Source: Candidatus Hadarchaeota archaeon
GTDB taxonomy: Archaea; Hadarchaeota; Hadarchaeia; Hadarchaeales; JAGGTB01
DNA: 64,000 bases
Assembly: GCA_964384105.1 (NCBI GenBank)
Contig: CAYLJV010000006.1
Location: 1 to 64,000 of the forward strand
Direction: 5' to 3'
This document shows, in pieces, positions 1 to 12,304 of this stretch; positions within the stretch are counted from its first letter, which is position 1, and the number at the start of each line of letters is the position of its first letter. Made by a program: the position numbers and the translations under genes. The notes beneath the pieces are model-generated. The model was not told the DNA's origin. It searched no databases and saw only the letters and a program-made list of their open reading frames with translations.

Positions 1-86
1 TTTTTTCACCAGTAAATAGTATAGCTTTCAATTAATTTCAATTTTTCTTTTTATACGCAGTGGTATCAAGTAGATCTGAAATATGC

Positions 87-620
87 TCATTGGCTCTTGA
101 TTCTCAGTTTTCCTATATCTTCCTGAATATTAACATTAAACCCCATGCTATCTGCAAAATCTCTTAGAAGTTTTCTTACAAACTTTCTAACTTTCTCTGA
201 GCTGACTAATAGAGTAAATTCGGTTTCAGAGACTTTATTTAGCCTAAAAAAGTTACATGCAGAAAGTCTCTCCAGTAAGTCCTCCAGAGATTTCACTTTA
301 GAAGATAATTGGTCTGCATGTGAATCAGCAACCTTTTTTGATTTTTCCCAGAATTCTCCCTTTCTGGATGATGATTCCAATATATCTAGGAAAAGTAACC
401 AGTGATCAACGTCTAATACTACGTGTTCCCCCTCAGATAGTAGATCTAGATATGTATTCAATTTATCTGTCCCGTGATCTCGGAATTCTTCGCTTTCATG
501 ATAAAATCTAATTGCTTTTCTGACTATACTACTTCTAGAGGAATCTGCTTCTTCATTCATTTCTTCTAGCAATTTTAAAGTATGGTCATCTAAAGCAACA
601 GTTATCCTTTTTGGATTCAT
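87..620 (-). CDS. CopG/ribbon-helix-helix family transcriptional regulator
   Basis: N-terminal RITVALD...SRSSIVRKAI fits an RHH motif; C-terminal domain unassigned; divergent from hisH. Confidence 0.8.
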   Translation of the reverse strand: MNPKRITVALDDHTLKLLEEMNEEADSSRSSIVRKAIRFYHESEEFRDHGTDKLNTYLDLLSEGEHVVLDVDHWLLFLDILESSSRKGEFWEKSKKVADSHADQLSSKVKSLEDLLERLSACNFFRLNKVSETEFTLLVSSEKVRKFVRKLLRDFADSMGFNVNIQEDIGKLRIKSQ

Positions 621-741
621 ATTATTGGCTCCGTTATATAGGAATTGAACACAGTTTTACTATTAGTATCCTCAGTTAAACATCTTTAATTATTTAAGAT
701 AAGAACCTAACTTCAATTGCGAATCTAAAGAACTGATCAAA

Positions 742-1332
742 ATGACAAAAGTTTCTGTTATTGATTATGGGATGGGGAATATAAAAAGCGTTTCTAACGC
801 CCTCAAATTTCTTGGTGTTGATGTGGAAGTTATAGATTCTGGAGATCTCTTAGACGGAGAAAAAATAATTATTCCAGGAGTTGGCGCTTTTGGTGATGCA
901 ATGAAAAATTTAGGACCATTTGTTCCAAAAATAGAAAGCGCGATCGAATCAGGAGTTCCAATATTGGGTATTTGTCTGGGGATGCAAGTTCTTTTTGAAA
1001 CTTCTGAGGAGTTCAGGCAGATTGAAGGACTTAGGGCTTTAAAGGGGACAGTGAAAAAATTGGAGACAAACCTAAGATTACCTCATATTGGTTGGAATTA
1101 TCTAGAAATCAAGAATAAAAACTGCCCTATACTAGATGTTCCTGGAGGATATGTCTACTATGCACATACTTACCACGCTAGACCAGAAGAAGATGTAGTG
1201 GTAGCAATTTCGGATTATGGAACGGATATAACGGCGGGCATATGGAAAAAGAACGTATATGGCACACAGTTCCATCCTGAGAAAAGCGGAAAGCTTGGAC
1301 TTAAAATCCTAAAAAATTTCGTGGAGTTGTGA
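742..1332 (+). CDS. hisH: imidazole glycerol phosphate synthase, glutamine amidotransferase subunit
   Basis: IDYGMGN, PGVGAF, GICLGMQ, PHIGWN and QFHPEKS motifs. Confidence 0.97.
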   Translation: MTKVSVIDYGMGNIKSVSNALKFLGVDVEVIDSGDLLDGEKIIIPGVGAFGDAMKNLGPFVPKIESAIESGVPILGICLGMQVLFETSEEFRQIEGLRALKGTVKKLETNLRLPHIGWNYLEIKNKNCPILDVPGGYVYYAHTYHARPEEDVVVAISDYGTDITAGIWKKNVYGTQFHPEKSGKLGLKILKNFVEL

Positions 1333-1335
1333 AGG

Positions 1336-2172
1336 ATTTTATCAAGAAGAATCATCCCTTGTTTAGACTGTGACTTAGCAGTGCCCGAGGGCCGGGTTGT
1401 GAAAGGAATAGAATTTAAAGAATTAAAGCCTGCAGGTCAGCCGGCAAATCTTGCTGAAAAATATTACGAAGAGGGGGCAGATGAAATAGTCTTCTTAGAC
1501 ATAACTGCTAGTTTAGATCGAAGAGAGACAATGGCTCACGTAATAGAAAGAACTTCACAAAATGTATTTATTCCCCTAACAGCAGGTGGTGGAATCAACA
1601 AACTAGATGACGCTAGGCGTCTTTTTAATTCAGGTGCTGATAAAGTCACAGTAAATACGGGTGCTATAAAAAATCCCTCTCTTGTTAATGACCTTTCTAG
1701 TAGATTTGGAAGCCAAGCATGTGTAGTCGCTGTTGATGCAAAGAGAAGACGGCTTACTTCTTCAGACTATCGAAAGAATAGAGTTATTATGGAAGATGGT
1801 CCAAACAGTTTTTGGTTCGAATGTTCTATATATGGGGGAAATAAGTTTACGGGAAAAGACGCAATCGAGTGGATTAAAGAAGTTGAAAAGAGGGGGGCAG
1901 GCGAGATTTTACTAACTAGTATGGATCGTGATGGTACTACAGATGGATACGATATCCTACTGAATAAGAAAGTTAGCGAGGAAGTGAATATACCCGTTAT
2001 TGCTTCCGGGGGTTGCGGTAGACCTGAACATATCCTAGAGGTCTTTGAGGAAACAGAGGTTTCTGCAGCCTTGGCAGCTAGCATTTTTCATTACGACCAA
2101 TATAACATTCAAGAAGTTAAAGAATATCTCGATAAGAATGGTATATCGGTCCGTAAGCCAATATTAGGGTGA
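1336..2172 (+). CDS. hisF: imidazole glycerol phosphate synthase, cyclase subunit
   Basis: GADEIVFLDIT, TSMDRDGT, IASGG, ALAASIFH. The conserved RIIPCLD lies upstream of the track's GTG (1381), so the start is placed at ATT 1336 (start uncertain). Confidence 0.95.
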   Translation: MLSRRIIPCLDCDLAVPEGRVVKGIEFKELKPAGQPANLAEKYYEEGADEIVFLDITASLDRRETMAHVIERTSQNVFIPLTAGGGINKLDDARRLFNSGADKVTVNTGAIKNPSLVNDLSSRFGSQACVVAVDAKRRRLTSSDYRKNRVIMEDGPNSFWFECSIYGGNKFTGKDAIEWIKEVEKRGAGEILLTSMDRDGTTDGYDILLNKKVSEEVNIPVIASGGCGRPEHILEVFEETEVSAALAASIFHYDQYNIQEVKEYLDKNGISVRKPILG

Positions 2173-2248
2173 ATACAATATTATCAGAAACTTTTTTGAG
2201 TTCTGCCAGAATATTATTCGTACAAAAAAGTTCAGTTAGGGTGAGATT

Positions 2249-4484
<2,236 letters not shown>

Positions 4485-4633
4485 ATGAATGAGACAATTT
4501 ATCCCTAAAAAATTAGTGTATTATTCTGCAATTCTTTTTTCAGTGACAATTTATAGAAAAACAATAAATAGCAACTAAGGGAAACCAGAAAGGATACCCA
4601 CCGCTAGTTTAACAAATAAATTCGTGTATTCAT

Positions 4634-5107
4634 ATGAGAAACAAGGAAAGAAAGAGAGAGCTGGAACAGATATTAAAATCTTATTCACCAGAAAAAGCTA
4701 ATCTTATTCCTATCCTACAAGAAATCCAAAAAAACTTTGGCTATCTCTCAAGGCCTGTGGTTCGAGAGATTTCAGAATATCTCGGTATTTCAGAAAGCAA
4801 AGTATATGGTATTGCAACATTTTACACACAATTCAGGTTTGAACCTCTTGGTAAACACCAAATCAAGATCTGTCATGGTACAGCATGTCATGTTAAAGGT
4901 TCAGAGGGCATTACAGAGACAATTGAAAATTATCTGGGGATTAGGATTGGTAAAACAAGTGAAGACGGAGTTTTTACTTTAGAAAGGGTCGCTTGCTTAG
5001 GGTGTTGTAGTCTAGCCCCCGTTATGATGATTGATGGAGAGGTCTATGGCAACCTCACCCGCGAAAGAGTAGAGGAAGTACTAGAGAATATTGGAGGAGA
5101 ACAGTAA
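4634..5107 (+). CDS. NuoE/HydC-like [2Fe-2S] subunit
   Basis: ATFY, CHGTAC, ACLGCC motifs. Confidence 0.93.
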   Translation: MRNKERKRELEQILKSYSPEKANLIPILQEIQKNFGYLSRPVVREISEYLGISESKVYGIATFYTQFRFEPLGKHQIKICHGTACHVKGSEGITETIENYLGIRIGKTSEDGVFTLERVACLGCCSLAPVMMIDGEVYGNLTRERVEEVLENIGGEQ

Positions 5108-6858
5108 TGACAAAAATTTTATTGGGGTATGCATCTTGTGGTATCGCCTCCGGTGCAAAGGCGATCAAAGAGGAGCTTGAAAAAGTTCTTACAAAAAATG
5201 ACTTGGATTTAGAGGTTAAAAAAGTAGGTTGTCTTGGGATTTGTCATAATGAACCAATTTTAGAGATAGAAGACGAGAATGGAAGATACACTTATGGGAA
5301 TCTTGAACCAGCCGATGTTGAAAAGATAGTGGATTCCCACTTGATAAACGATGAAAGATATGAAGAAAAATTAATTTCTTCTCCTGAAAAGGAATATGAT
5401 TATCTTTCTCAACAGGAAAGAATTGTACTCAGGAACTCAGGTACTATAGATCCTGAGAATATCGAAGATTACATCGAAAAGGATGGATACAAAGGCCTCG
5501 AAAAAGCTTTGAAAATGATCCCGAGAGAAATAATCGACGAAATAATTGAAAGTAGACTAAGAGGACGAGGTGGAGCTGGTTTCCCGACAGGGCTCAAGTG
5601 GGATTTTGTCAAAAAAGCTGAAAAAAATCCAAAATATTTGATATGCAATGCCGATGAGGGAGATCCTGGAGCTTTTATGGATCGGTCTCTCTTAGAAGGG
5701 GATCCACATTCTGTTATAGAAGGCATGATAATCGGTGCTTATGCTGTTGGAGCAAGTAAGGGATACATCTACTGTCGAGCAGAATATCCACTTGCAATCC
5801 GAAGATTGAAAATAGGGATTAGGGCAGCTCGAGAGAAGGGATTTTTAGGAGAAAATATCATGGGTACTAATTTTTCTTTTGATATAGCTATCAAAGAAGG
5901 TGCTGGAGCATTTGTGTGTGGAGAAGAGACAGCTCTTATGAGATCTATCGAAGGGGATAGAGGCATGCCTAAGCCTAGACCACCTTATCCAGCTCAGAGT
6001 GGGTTGTTTGGTAAACCTACCAATATTAACAATGTGGAAACCTGGGCGAACATACCGTATATAATCCGCAAAGGAGTAGACAACTTTTTGAAACTGGGAA
6101 CTGAGAAAAGCGGAGGTACTAAAGTTTTCGCACTCGCGGGTAAGGTGAAGAGAGGTGGGTTAGCAGAAGTGCCGATTGGTACTCCTCTAAGAAAAATAAT
6201 TTTTGAAATTGGTGGTGGTATAGAGGGAGATAGCGAGTTTAAAGCAGTTCAATTGGGAGGTCCCTCTGGAGGCTGTCTTCCAAAAGAATACCTAGATACA
6301 CCTGTGGATTACGAGACCTTGACAAAAGCAGGAGCTATTATGGGGTCCGGTGGAATGATTGTCATAGATGAATGTGATTGTATGATCAATATTGCAAGCT
6401 ATTTCCTTAATTTTACTCAAGAGGAATCTTGTGGTAAGTGTACTTTTTGTCGGGCCGGAACTAAACGAATGCTCGAGATGCTCGAAGCGTTCACAAGAGG
6501 TGAAGGTTCAACCGGGGATATAGATAAGCTAAAAAACCTTGCAAAAAACGTTAAATCCTACTCATTGTGTGGATTAGGTCAAACAGCACCAAATCCTGTG
6601 CTTACTACTTTGGATTATTTTTATGACGAATATGTTCAGCATTTGGAAGAAGGAAAATGCAAAGCGAAAGCTTGTAGGCCTTTAATAATGTATGAGATTA
6701 CAGGTGATTGTATTGGTTGCGGTACTTGCGCTAAAGAGTGTCCTGTAAATGCCATATCGGGGGAGAAAGGGGGGAAGTATGATATAGATCCTGAAAAATG
6801 TACAAAATGTGGTATTTGTGAGGAGGTCTGCCCGATGGACGCGGTTGAGGTGAAGTGA
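5107..6858 (+). CDS. NuoF/HydB-like FMN/NADH-binding subunit with N-terminal thioredoxin-like [2Fe-2S] and C-terminal 2x[4Fe-4S] domains
   Basis: GRGGAGFPTG, CNADEGDPGAFMDR, GAFVCGEETAL, ESCGKCTFCR, two CxxCxxCxxxCP motifs. Confidence 0.93.
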   Translation: MTKILLGYASCGIASGAKAIKEELEKVLTKNDLDLEVKKVGCLGICHNEPILEIEDENGRYTYGNLEPADVEKIVDSHLINDERYEEKLISSPEKEYDYLSQQERIVLRNSGTIDPENIEDYIEKDGYKGLEKALKMIPREIIDEIIESRLRGRGGAGFPTGLKWDFVKKAEKNPKYLICNADEGDPGAFMDRSLLEGDPHSVIEGMIIGAYAVGASKGYIYCRAEYPLAIRRLKIGIRAAREKGFLGENIMGTNFSFDIAIKEGAGAFVCGEETALMRSIEGDRGMPKPRPPYPAQSGLFGKPTNINNVETWANIPYIIRKGVDNFLKLGTEKSGGTKVFALAGKVKRGGLAEVPIGTPLRKIIFEIGGGIEGDSEFKAVQLGGPSGGCLPKEYLDTPVDYETLTKAGAIMGSGGMIVIDECDCMINIASYFLNFTQEESCGKCTFCRAGTKRMLEMLEAFTRGEGSTGDIDKLKNLAKNVKSYSLCGLGQTAPNPVLTTLDYFYDEYVQHLEEGKCKAKACRPLIMYEITGDCIGCGTCAKECPVNAISGEKGGKYDIDPEKCTKCGICEEVCPMDAVEVK

Positions 6859-9795
6859 ATGGAAACAGTGGAAATCTACATTAATGGAAATAAATACGAG
6901 ACTAATGTTGAAAATAGCGTTTTAGATGTGTGTAAAGAAAATGATGTATTCGTACCTACGCTCTGTGAAATTGATTATATAGAAGAGCCCTATGGTGGTT
7001 GTAGACTTTGCCTCGTGGAAATAGAAAATGGGGAAAATACTGAGATTACTACTTCTTGTGATACTCCCGTGCAAGCTGGGATGAAGATAAACACTGATAC
7101 TAATGAAGTTTTAAATGCCAGAAAAATGGCTCTCGAACTTCTTTTATCGGAACACACAGGTGACTGCGTTGCCCCATGTTCGTATGAATGTCCTGCAAGT
7201 TTAGATGTTCAAGGGTACCTTGCCCATATCGCTAATGGACGACCATCTAAAGCTGTAAAGTTAATCAAAGAAAAAACCCCACTGGCCATATCTCTTGGTC
7301 GTGCTTGCTTTGCTCCTTGCGAACAAGAATGCAGGAGGCAGTTAGTAGAAGACCCAATTGCAATAAGACAAGAAAAGATGTATGCGGCGGAAACTGACAT
7401 AAAAAACCCGTGGATACCAGAGATATCTCAAGAAACTGGGAAAAGCGTTGGAGTTGTTGGAGGTGGTCCAGCAGGCCTCACGGCTGCTTATTTCCTTAGA
7501 CTGAAAGGACATTCAGTTACCATATACGATAAAATGCCAGAGTTGGGTGGGATGATGAGATATGGCATACCCAATTATAGATTACCTAAAGATTTGCTCG
7601 ATAAAGAGATAAACTGGATTCTCGATCTCGGAATCGATATAAAAAACAATACTGAGTTAGGCGAGGACATACAAATAGAGGATCTTCGTCAAAAACACGA
7701 TGCTGTGTTTCTTGCAATTGGAGCTTGGAAAGGAATCAGTATCCCAATTGAGGGATACGAGCTACCTAACGTAATCGATGGAATAGAATTCCTACTTGGT
7801 CGTTATTTAGGGCGGGAGTTCAAACTAGGTAAGAAAGTTCTTGTAGTCGGCTGTGGAAACACGGCTATGGATGTTGCTAGAACCGCTCGAAGGATGAATA
7901 AAGATGTAACGGTTGTTTACCGTAGAGCTCTGGATCAAGCACCGGCAGAAAAAGAAGAGATCGAAGAAGCAGAAGAGGAAGGCATAAAATTCACGTTTTT
8001 GGCCAATCCCGAGAAGATATGTGGTTGTGAAGAGAATGGAGTTAGTGAGGTAACTTGCGCAAGAATGGAATTAGGTGAACCCGACGAATCTGGTAGACCT
8101 CGTCCTGTTAAAATTCCCGGTGAAGAATTTTCAATAGAAGCCGATTCAGTTATTATGGCTATTGGTCAAAAGTCAGATCTCGAACTCTTAAGTAAACAAG
8201 GATTGGACGTAGTGGAGCGTACAATAGCGGCAAATGAAAAGTTTCAAACCTGTTACGAGAATGTATTCACTGCCGGCGACCTTCTTCTAGGTCCTTCATC
8301 CATAGTAGAGTGTACTGGACAAGCACGTGTAGCTGCTTTTGCTATTGATGCATACCTAGACGGAAATCTGGAGGAATATACTCCGCCGAAGGATTACAGG
8401 ATACCGTTCGGTTATGTTCATAAAGAGGAGAAGGATGAAGATGATTTCGCAGATTGGGATAAGATTCCCCGAGCTTCGATGCCTAAGAGAAACCCCAAGG
8501 AACGAGCTAATAACTTCAGGGAAATAGAATTAGGGTTTGATGAAAAAAAAGCTAGAAAAGAAGCTGAAAGATGTGTTGAATGTGGCTGTTTAGACAGATT
8601 CGATTGCAAGTTGAGAGAGTATGCCACATTATATGATTCTGATCAGTATGCCTATGTTGGAAACAAAATAGAATATGAGCTAGACGATTCACATGAGTAT
8701 GTTCTTAGAGAGCCTAACAAGTGTATACTTTGTGGGTCATGTGTCAGGGTATCTGAAGATATCCATGACGAAACTCCTATTTATTTTGCCCAAAGGGGTG
8801 CTAAAACAATCATAACACCTGCTTTCGGAGATGAGTTAGGTAAAATTGATAGTGATCTTGTTGGTAATTTAGCTGATTCGTGTCCAACAGGTGCTTTAGA
8901 AGAAAAGAGCAATGAATTGAAACCCGGTCCTTTCAACACCACAGACAGTGGTGAATCCCGTTGTTTTGGTTGTGGGTTGGCATGCCCAGTTGAAGTTTAC
9001 AGTCGAGAGGATATACCAGTAAAGTTCAAACCAGTAAATCATTACGAAACTTATCTTTGTGATATAGGCAAGTTCGAAACTATCCCAGACTTGGAAAGTA
9101 GAAAATCACTGATTGAGAACAATGTATGGTCTCAATTGGAGGAAGTTTTAAAGAATGGGACTTTCGATATTGTCATTTCTCCAAATGCATCTTTAGAGGA
9201 AGTAAAGAAGCTCCAGAAGATCGCAAATGCGGTAGATGGAACTGTCACCTCACCGATTCCTGATAAGAAATCTACTGCTGGATTGGAAGACCTTTTGAAC
9301 ACTAGAAGAATATTTGTTGAAGACAACGCTCTTGATTATAATCCAGTACTAAAAATATTTGTCAAGAAAGCTAAAGAAAACGGTGCAGTTTTGATAGAAT
9401 CCTTGAGAGTATTAGGAAATGGGATAGCAATAGTTAAACCTTATACTGAGACCAAGTCCGAACTGATGATAGTTCCCCAGCCCGGATTGAACGGTTCTGG
9501 TTTAATTGACTTAGGCATATCAGAAGAGGATATTTCGGCGAGAACAGTGTTAATATTTGGTGGTAGTAATCGTTTGGACCAGCTAAAAGATAAAAAAATT
9601 ATCTATTTAACAGAGGAAGTGGATGAACTTACCAAGTTTGCAGATGTTGTTTTACCCATAAGGTCTTGGTTTGAGAAAAAAGGCACTGTGAAAAACACAT
9701 TTTGCGAGAAGGTAGAAATAAATCCGGTAATAGAGTCCACTTTACCAAAAAATTTGGAAGTATTAAATAGGATTATTAATCTTGTCAAAAAATAA
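6859..9795 (+). CDS. GltD-like FAD/NADPH subunit fused to NuoG-type Fe-S domains and a degenerate molybdopterin-oxidoreductase domain
   Basis: PTLC..CRLCLVE..SC, GRACFAPCEQECRR, GGGPAG, GCGNTAMD, CVECGC, CILCGSC, CFGCGLAC..LC, and an ADVVLP..WFEKKG tail; no H-cluster motifs. Confidence 0.85.
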   Translation: METVEIYINGNKYETNVENSVLDVCKENDVFVPTLCEIDYIEEPYGGCRLCLVEIENGENTEITTSCDTPVQAGMKINTDTNEVLNARKMALELLLSEHTGDCVAPCSYECPASLDVQGYLAHIANGRPSKAVKLIKEKTPLAISLGRACFAPCEQECRRQLVEDPIAIRQEKMYAAETDIKNPWIPEISQETGKSVGVVGGGPAGLTAAYFLRLKGHSVTIYDKMPELGGMMRYGIPNYRLPKDLLDKEINWILDLGIDIKNNTELGEDIQIEDLRQKHDAVFLAIGAWKGISIPIEGYELPNVIDGIEFLLGRYLGREFKLGKKVLVVGCGNTAMDVARTARRMNKDVTVVYRRALDQAPAEKEEIEEAEEEGIKFTFLANPEKICGCEENGVSEVTCARMELGEPDESGRPRPVKIPGEEFSIEADSVIMAIGQKSDLELLSKQGLDVVERTIAANEKFQTCYENVFTAGDLLLGPSSIVECTGQARVAAFAIDAYLDGNLEEYTPPKDYRIPFGYVHKEEKDEDDFADWDKIPRASMPKRNPKERANNFREIELGFDEKKARKEAERCVECGCLDRFDCKLREYATLYDSDQYAYVGNKIEYELDDSHEYVLREPNKCILCGSCVRVSEDIHDETPIYFAQRGAKTIITPAFGDELGKIDSDLVGNLADSCPTGALEEKSNELKPGPFNTTDSGESRCFGCGLACPVEVYSREDIPVKFKPVNHYETYLCDIGKFETIPDLESRKSLIENNVWSQLEEVLKNGTFDIVISPNASLEEVKKLQKIANAVDGTVTSPIPDKKSTAGLEDLLNTRRIFVEDNALDYNPVLKIFVKKAKENGAVLIESLRVLGNGIAIVKPYTETKSELMIVPQPGLNGSGLIDLGISEEDISARTVLIFGGSNRLDQLKDKKIIYLTEEVDELTKFADVVLPIRSWFEKKGTVKNTFCEKVEINPVIESTLPKNLEVLNRIINLVKK

Positions 9796-9813
9796 AAAAA
9801 AAAAGAAAAATAA
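9786..9813 (-). terminator. oligo-T tract, probable terminator
   Basis: long A-run on + (T-run on -) just downstream of the SBP stop, between convergent genes. Confidence 0.45.
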
Positions 9814-9829
9814 AGAGTTCTGAAACAGG

Positions 9830-11341
9830 TTACTGTTCCTCAATCGGGCCGAAGACGTCCTCAAGCCATGGGAATCCTTCTCCAGTCGCTTGACGTTCTG
9901 GATAATACACATTTATAGATCCACCGAGAGGCATTTCAACTGCACCTACTCCTTCTGGTAGCCAAACTCCACATTGGGGGTCATAGTATTTTTTACCATC
10001 CTTTTCTCCAACTATCCAGTTATGACTTGCGTGGTAATCTGTTTCTGGAGCTTCTTCACCTATTGGGTAGAAGGAAAATCTGTTGAAAACTTCACCGTCT
10101 TGATAAGTCACTAGTTCCACTTCTTCCATTGCTTCAACCCAGTTTCTACAAGACTCGCGTGCTTCAGAATCCCAAAAATCGCCAGTCTGACCGGCGGCTT
10201 TGAAAGCCATTAACAATGGTGTGTATGATTGGAAGGAAGTAAACTGCCAAAGTGGTCTTGATGTACCCCAATGGTCTATATAAGATTCGTAAACCATTTG
10301 ACCCAACTCTGAACTTGTCTCTTCACTGTAAGGTGTACTTACTACTCTTGCTGGAGCGCCCCAAGCATCACCTGCAGCGTCCTCCCAGAAGTAGGGACCC
10401 ATACCAGAGACGTTAATCCCAATCATTGGGATTCCAACTTCTAAGTCGACCCACTGTTTAACGGGTGGGAGATCCCTAACTGACTGTACAACTGTAATGA
10501 AATCAGGGTCCTTGGCAACTATCGAATCGTAAATCGGTGCATAATCGTCGGTTCCTGGATCAACAATCACTGTATCTATAATCTCGTAGCCCCTTCCGGG
10601 TAGTACTTCTTCTGCCATTTCCAATGTACCACGACCATAAGCTGTGTCTTCTATCATAGCAACAGTTGTTTGAAGTCCAGGTTCTGGGTAACCCTGATTA
10701 ACGAATTGTCGGGAAACTGTGTCAACCCACTCACCCAGGTAGTAAGCATGGTAGTAATCGTAGTCTTCGGTCATGAAGAAATTATATATATCATCCTCTA
10801 AGACTCGATCCAATGCTCTTACTGCTGAAGTAAAAACTGTAACATGTGGAATTTCGCTCTCTTTTACTCTATCCATCATGGCCAAAGTGACATCGTCAAC
10901 TGCTGATTCTATTATTATATCTGGATTCTTCCCTATCAACGTATTATAGGATTGCACACCCTCGGTAGTACTCTCAGCAGTATCATAAGGTCCTACTAGT
11001 TCAACTTTCCAGTTCGGATACTCGTCCTCATGTCTCCATATCTCATTATAATGTTCAGCGAATATCTGAACAACCCGCCAAGACGCTAAACCTTGGTCTG
11101 TTTCTACAGCTCCAAGCCAGCCGATTTTTATCGTTTTTTCTTCTTCCTCTTCTTCTTGCTCTCCCGGACCTGGACCTATTTTCTGATTGATCTCATCCAG
11201 AGTATCTTTAATCTCATCGTTAGAAGAAGAAATACTTCGGTTTGTCATTAGAGCTATACCAGAAATAACTATTGAGACAATAACAAGGATTATTATAGCC
11301 CACGTTACACCAGTAGTCTGTCCACTATTCTCAAATTTAAT
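9830..11341 (-). CDS. ABC transporter substrate-binding protein (LivJ/branched-chain amino-acid fold), membrane anchored
   Basis: TIKIGWLG, EDTAYG, GTDDYAPI after a hydrophobic N-terminal segment and acidic linker; start ATT 11341 or GTG 11350. Confidence 0.8.
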   Translation of the reverse strand: MKFENSGQTTGVTWAIIILVIVSIVISGIALMTNRSISSSNDEIKDTLDEINQKIGPGPGEQEEEEEEKTIKIGWLGAVETDQGLASWRVVQIFAEHYNEIWRHEDEYPNWKVELVGPYDTAESTTEGVQSYNTLIGKNPDIIIESAVDDVTLAMMDRVKESEIPHVTVFTSAVRALDRVLEDDIYNFFMTEDYDYYHAYYLGEWVDTVSRQFVNQGYPEPGLQTTVAMIEDTAYGRGTLEMAEEVLPGRGYEIIDTVIVDPGTDDYAPIYDSIVAKDPDFITVVQSVRDLPPVKQWVDLEVGIPMIGINVSGMGPYFWEDAAGDAWGAPARVVSTPYSEETSSELGQMVYESYIDHWGTSRPLWQFTSFQSYTPLLMAFKAAGQTGDFWDSEARESCRNWVEAMEEVELVTYQDGEVFNRFSFYPIGEEAPETDYHASHNWIVGEKDGKKYYDPQCGVWLPEGVGAVEMPLGGSINVYYPERQATGEGFPWLEDVFGPIEEQ

Positions 11342-11459
11342 ATCTCTCACCCCCTTTCTTCTTTGTTTGCATGTAATAATTAGACAGATAAAGGGTTTAA
11401 ACATTATGATGAGCAACACCACCGAAATCTCGGATGAAGCTAGATATTCAATCGATTAG

Positions 11460-12299
11460 CTAATTAATCTGGTTAGTTTTTTCAATATTGATAATATTAG
11501 AAAAGATATCCGAAATACCATATACATTTCCTTTTAGAATATATTCTGCAGGGCCACTCATTGTTATTTGGTCTTTATCATCGATTTTTATCTCTAAACT
11601 TCCGCCCAAAAGTCTCACCGAAATCTCACCTTTTACTAAGCCTTTTTTCTTGGCAGCAAAAGCTGTGGCACACGCACCAGTACCACATGCTAGAGTCATT
11701 CCCGCTCCTCTTTCCCATACATAACTAACAATATCATTACTAGAATTAATCTTAGCAAATTCCACGTTCGTTTTACTTGGTTGGAACATCTCAGCATTTT
11801 CTAGGATAGGACCTTTTTCTTGAGTGATTTCTTTGGAAGCTTCTTCAGTAAAAATGACAAAGTGTGGATTACCTACAGAAATTAGATCGCCCTTGAAACC
11901 TTCGACTTCAATTCCACTATTCACTACTTTTCCTTTTCCCATAAAAACCTCTATTTCTCCCTTTGAGATAATTTTGACATCTTTTATTCCGGATTTTGTT
12001 TCTATTGATAACTTATCATCCACTTTCTCTTTATCATATAGATAAAGGGCCACACATCTTATTCCATTACCACACATTTCTGCTTCTCCACCATCCCTAT
12101 TGAAAACCCTCATTTTGAAATCTGCTATTTCACTATTGTTTATGATGAGCATTTGATCAGAGCCAATACCAAAATTCTCATTGCACAAAGCTATCGCTAT
12201 TTGGCTATAGTTTAACCCAGTCTCTTTCATCAATCCTTCATTTATGTCCTCAACCAGGATTTGACTATTTCCTATACCATGCATTTTTGTGATTTCCAT
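11460..12299 (-). CDS. dapF: diaminopimelate epimerase
   Basis: KMHGIGN, AEMCGNGIRC, GNPH, ERGAGMTLACGTGAC. Confidence 0.97.
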   Translation of the reverse strand: MEITKMHGIGNSQILVEDINEGLMKETGLNYSQIAIALCNENFGIGSDQMLIINNSEIADFKMRVFNRDGGEAEMCGNGIRCVALYLYDKEKVDDKLSIETKSGIKDVKIISKGEIEVFMGKGKVVNSGIEVEGFKGDLISVGNPHFVIFTEEASKEITQEKGPILENAEMFQPSKTNVEFAKINSSNDIVSYVWERGAGMTLACGTGACATAFAAKKKGLVKGEISVRLLGGSLEIKIDDKDQITMSGPAEYILKGNVYGISDIFSNIINIEKTNQIN

Positions 12300-12304
12300 C
12301 GATA

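Noticed and set aside
6856-6861. In-frame TGA-ATG junction between the NuoF-like and GltD/NuoG-like genes as selenocysteine or readthrough
   Set aside because: A canonical ATG with an upstream GAGGTGA explains it; the TGA is not at a Cys position.
4634-9795. [FeFe]-hydrogenase, formate dehydrogenase or complex I
   Set aside because: No H-cluster motifs, no intact molybdopterin active-site domain, and no membrane Nuo subunits.
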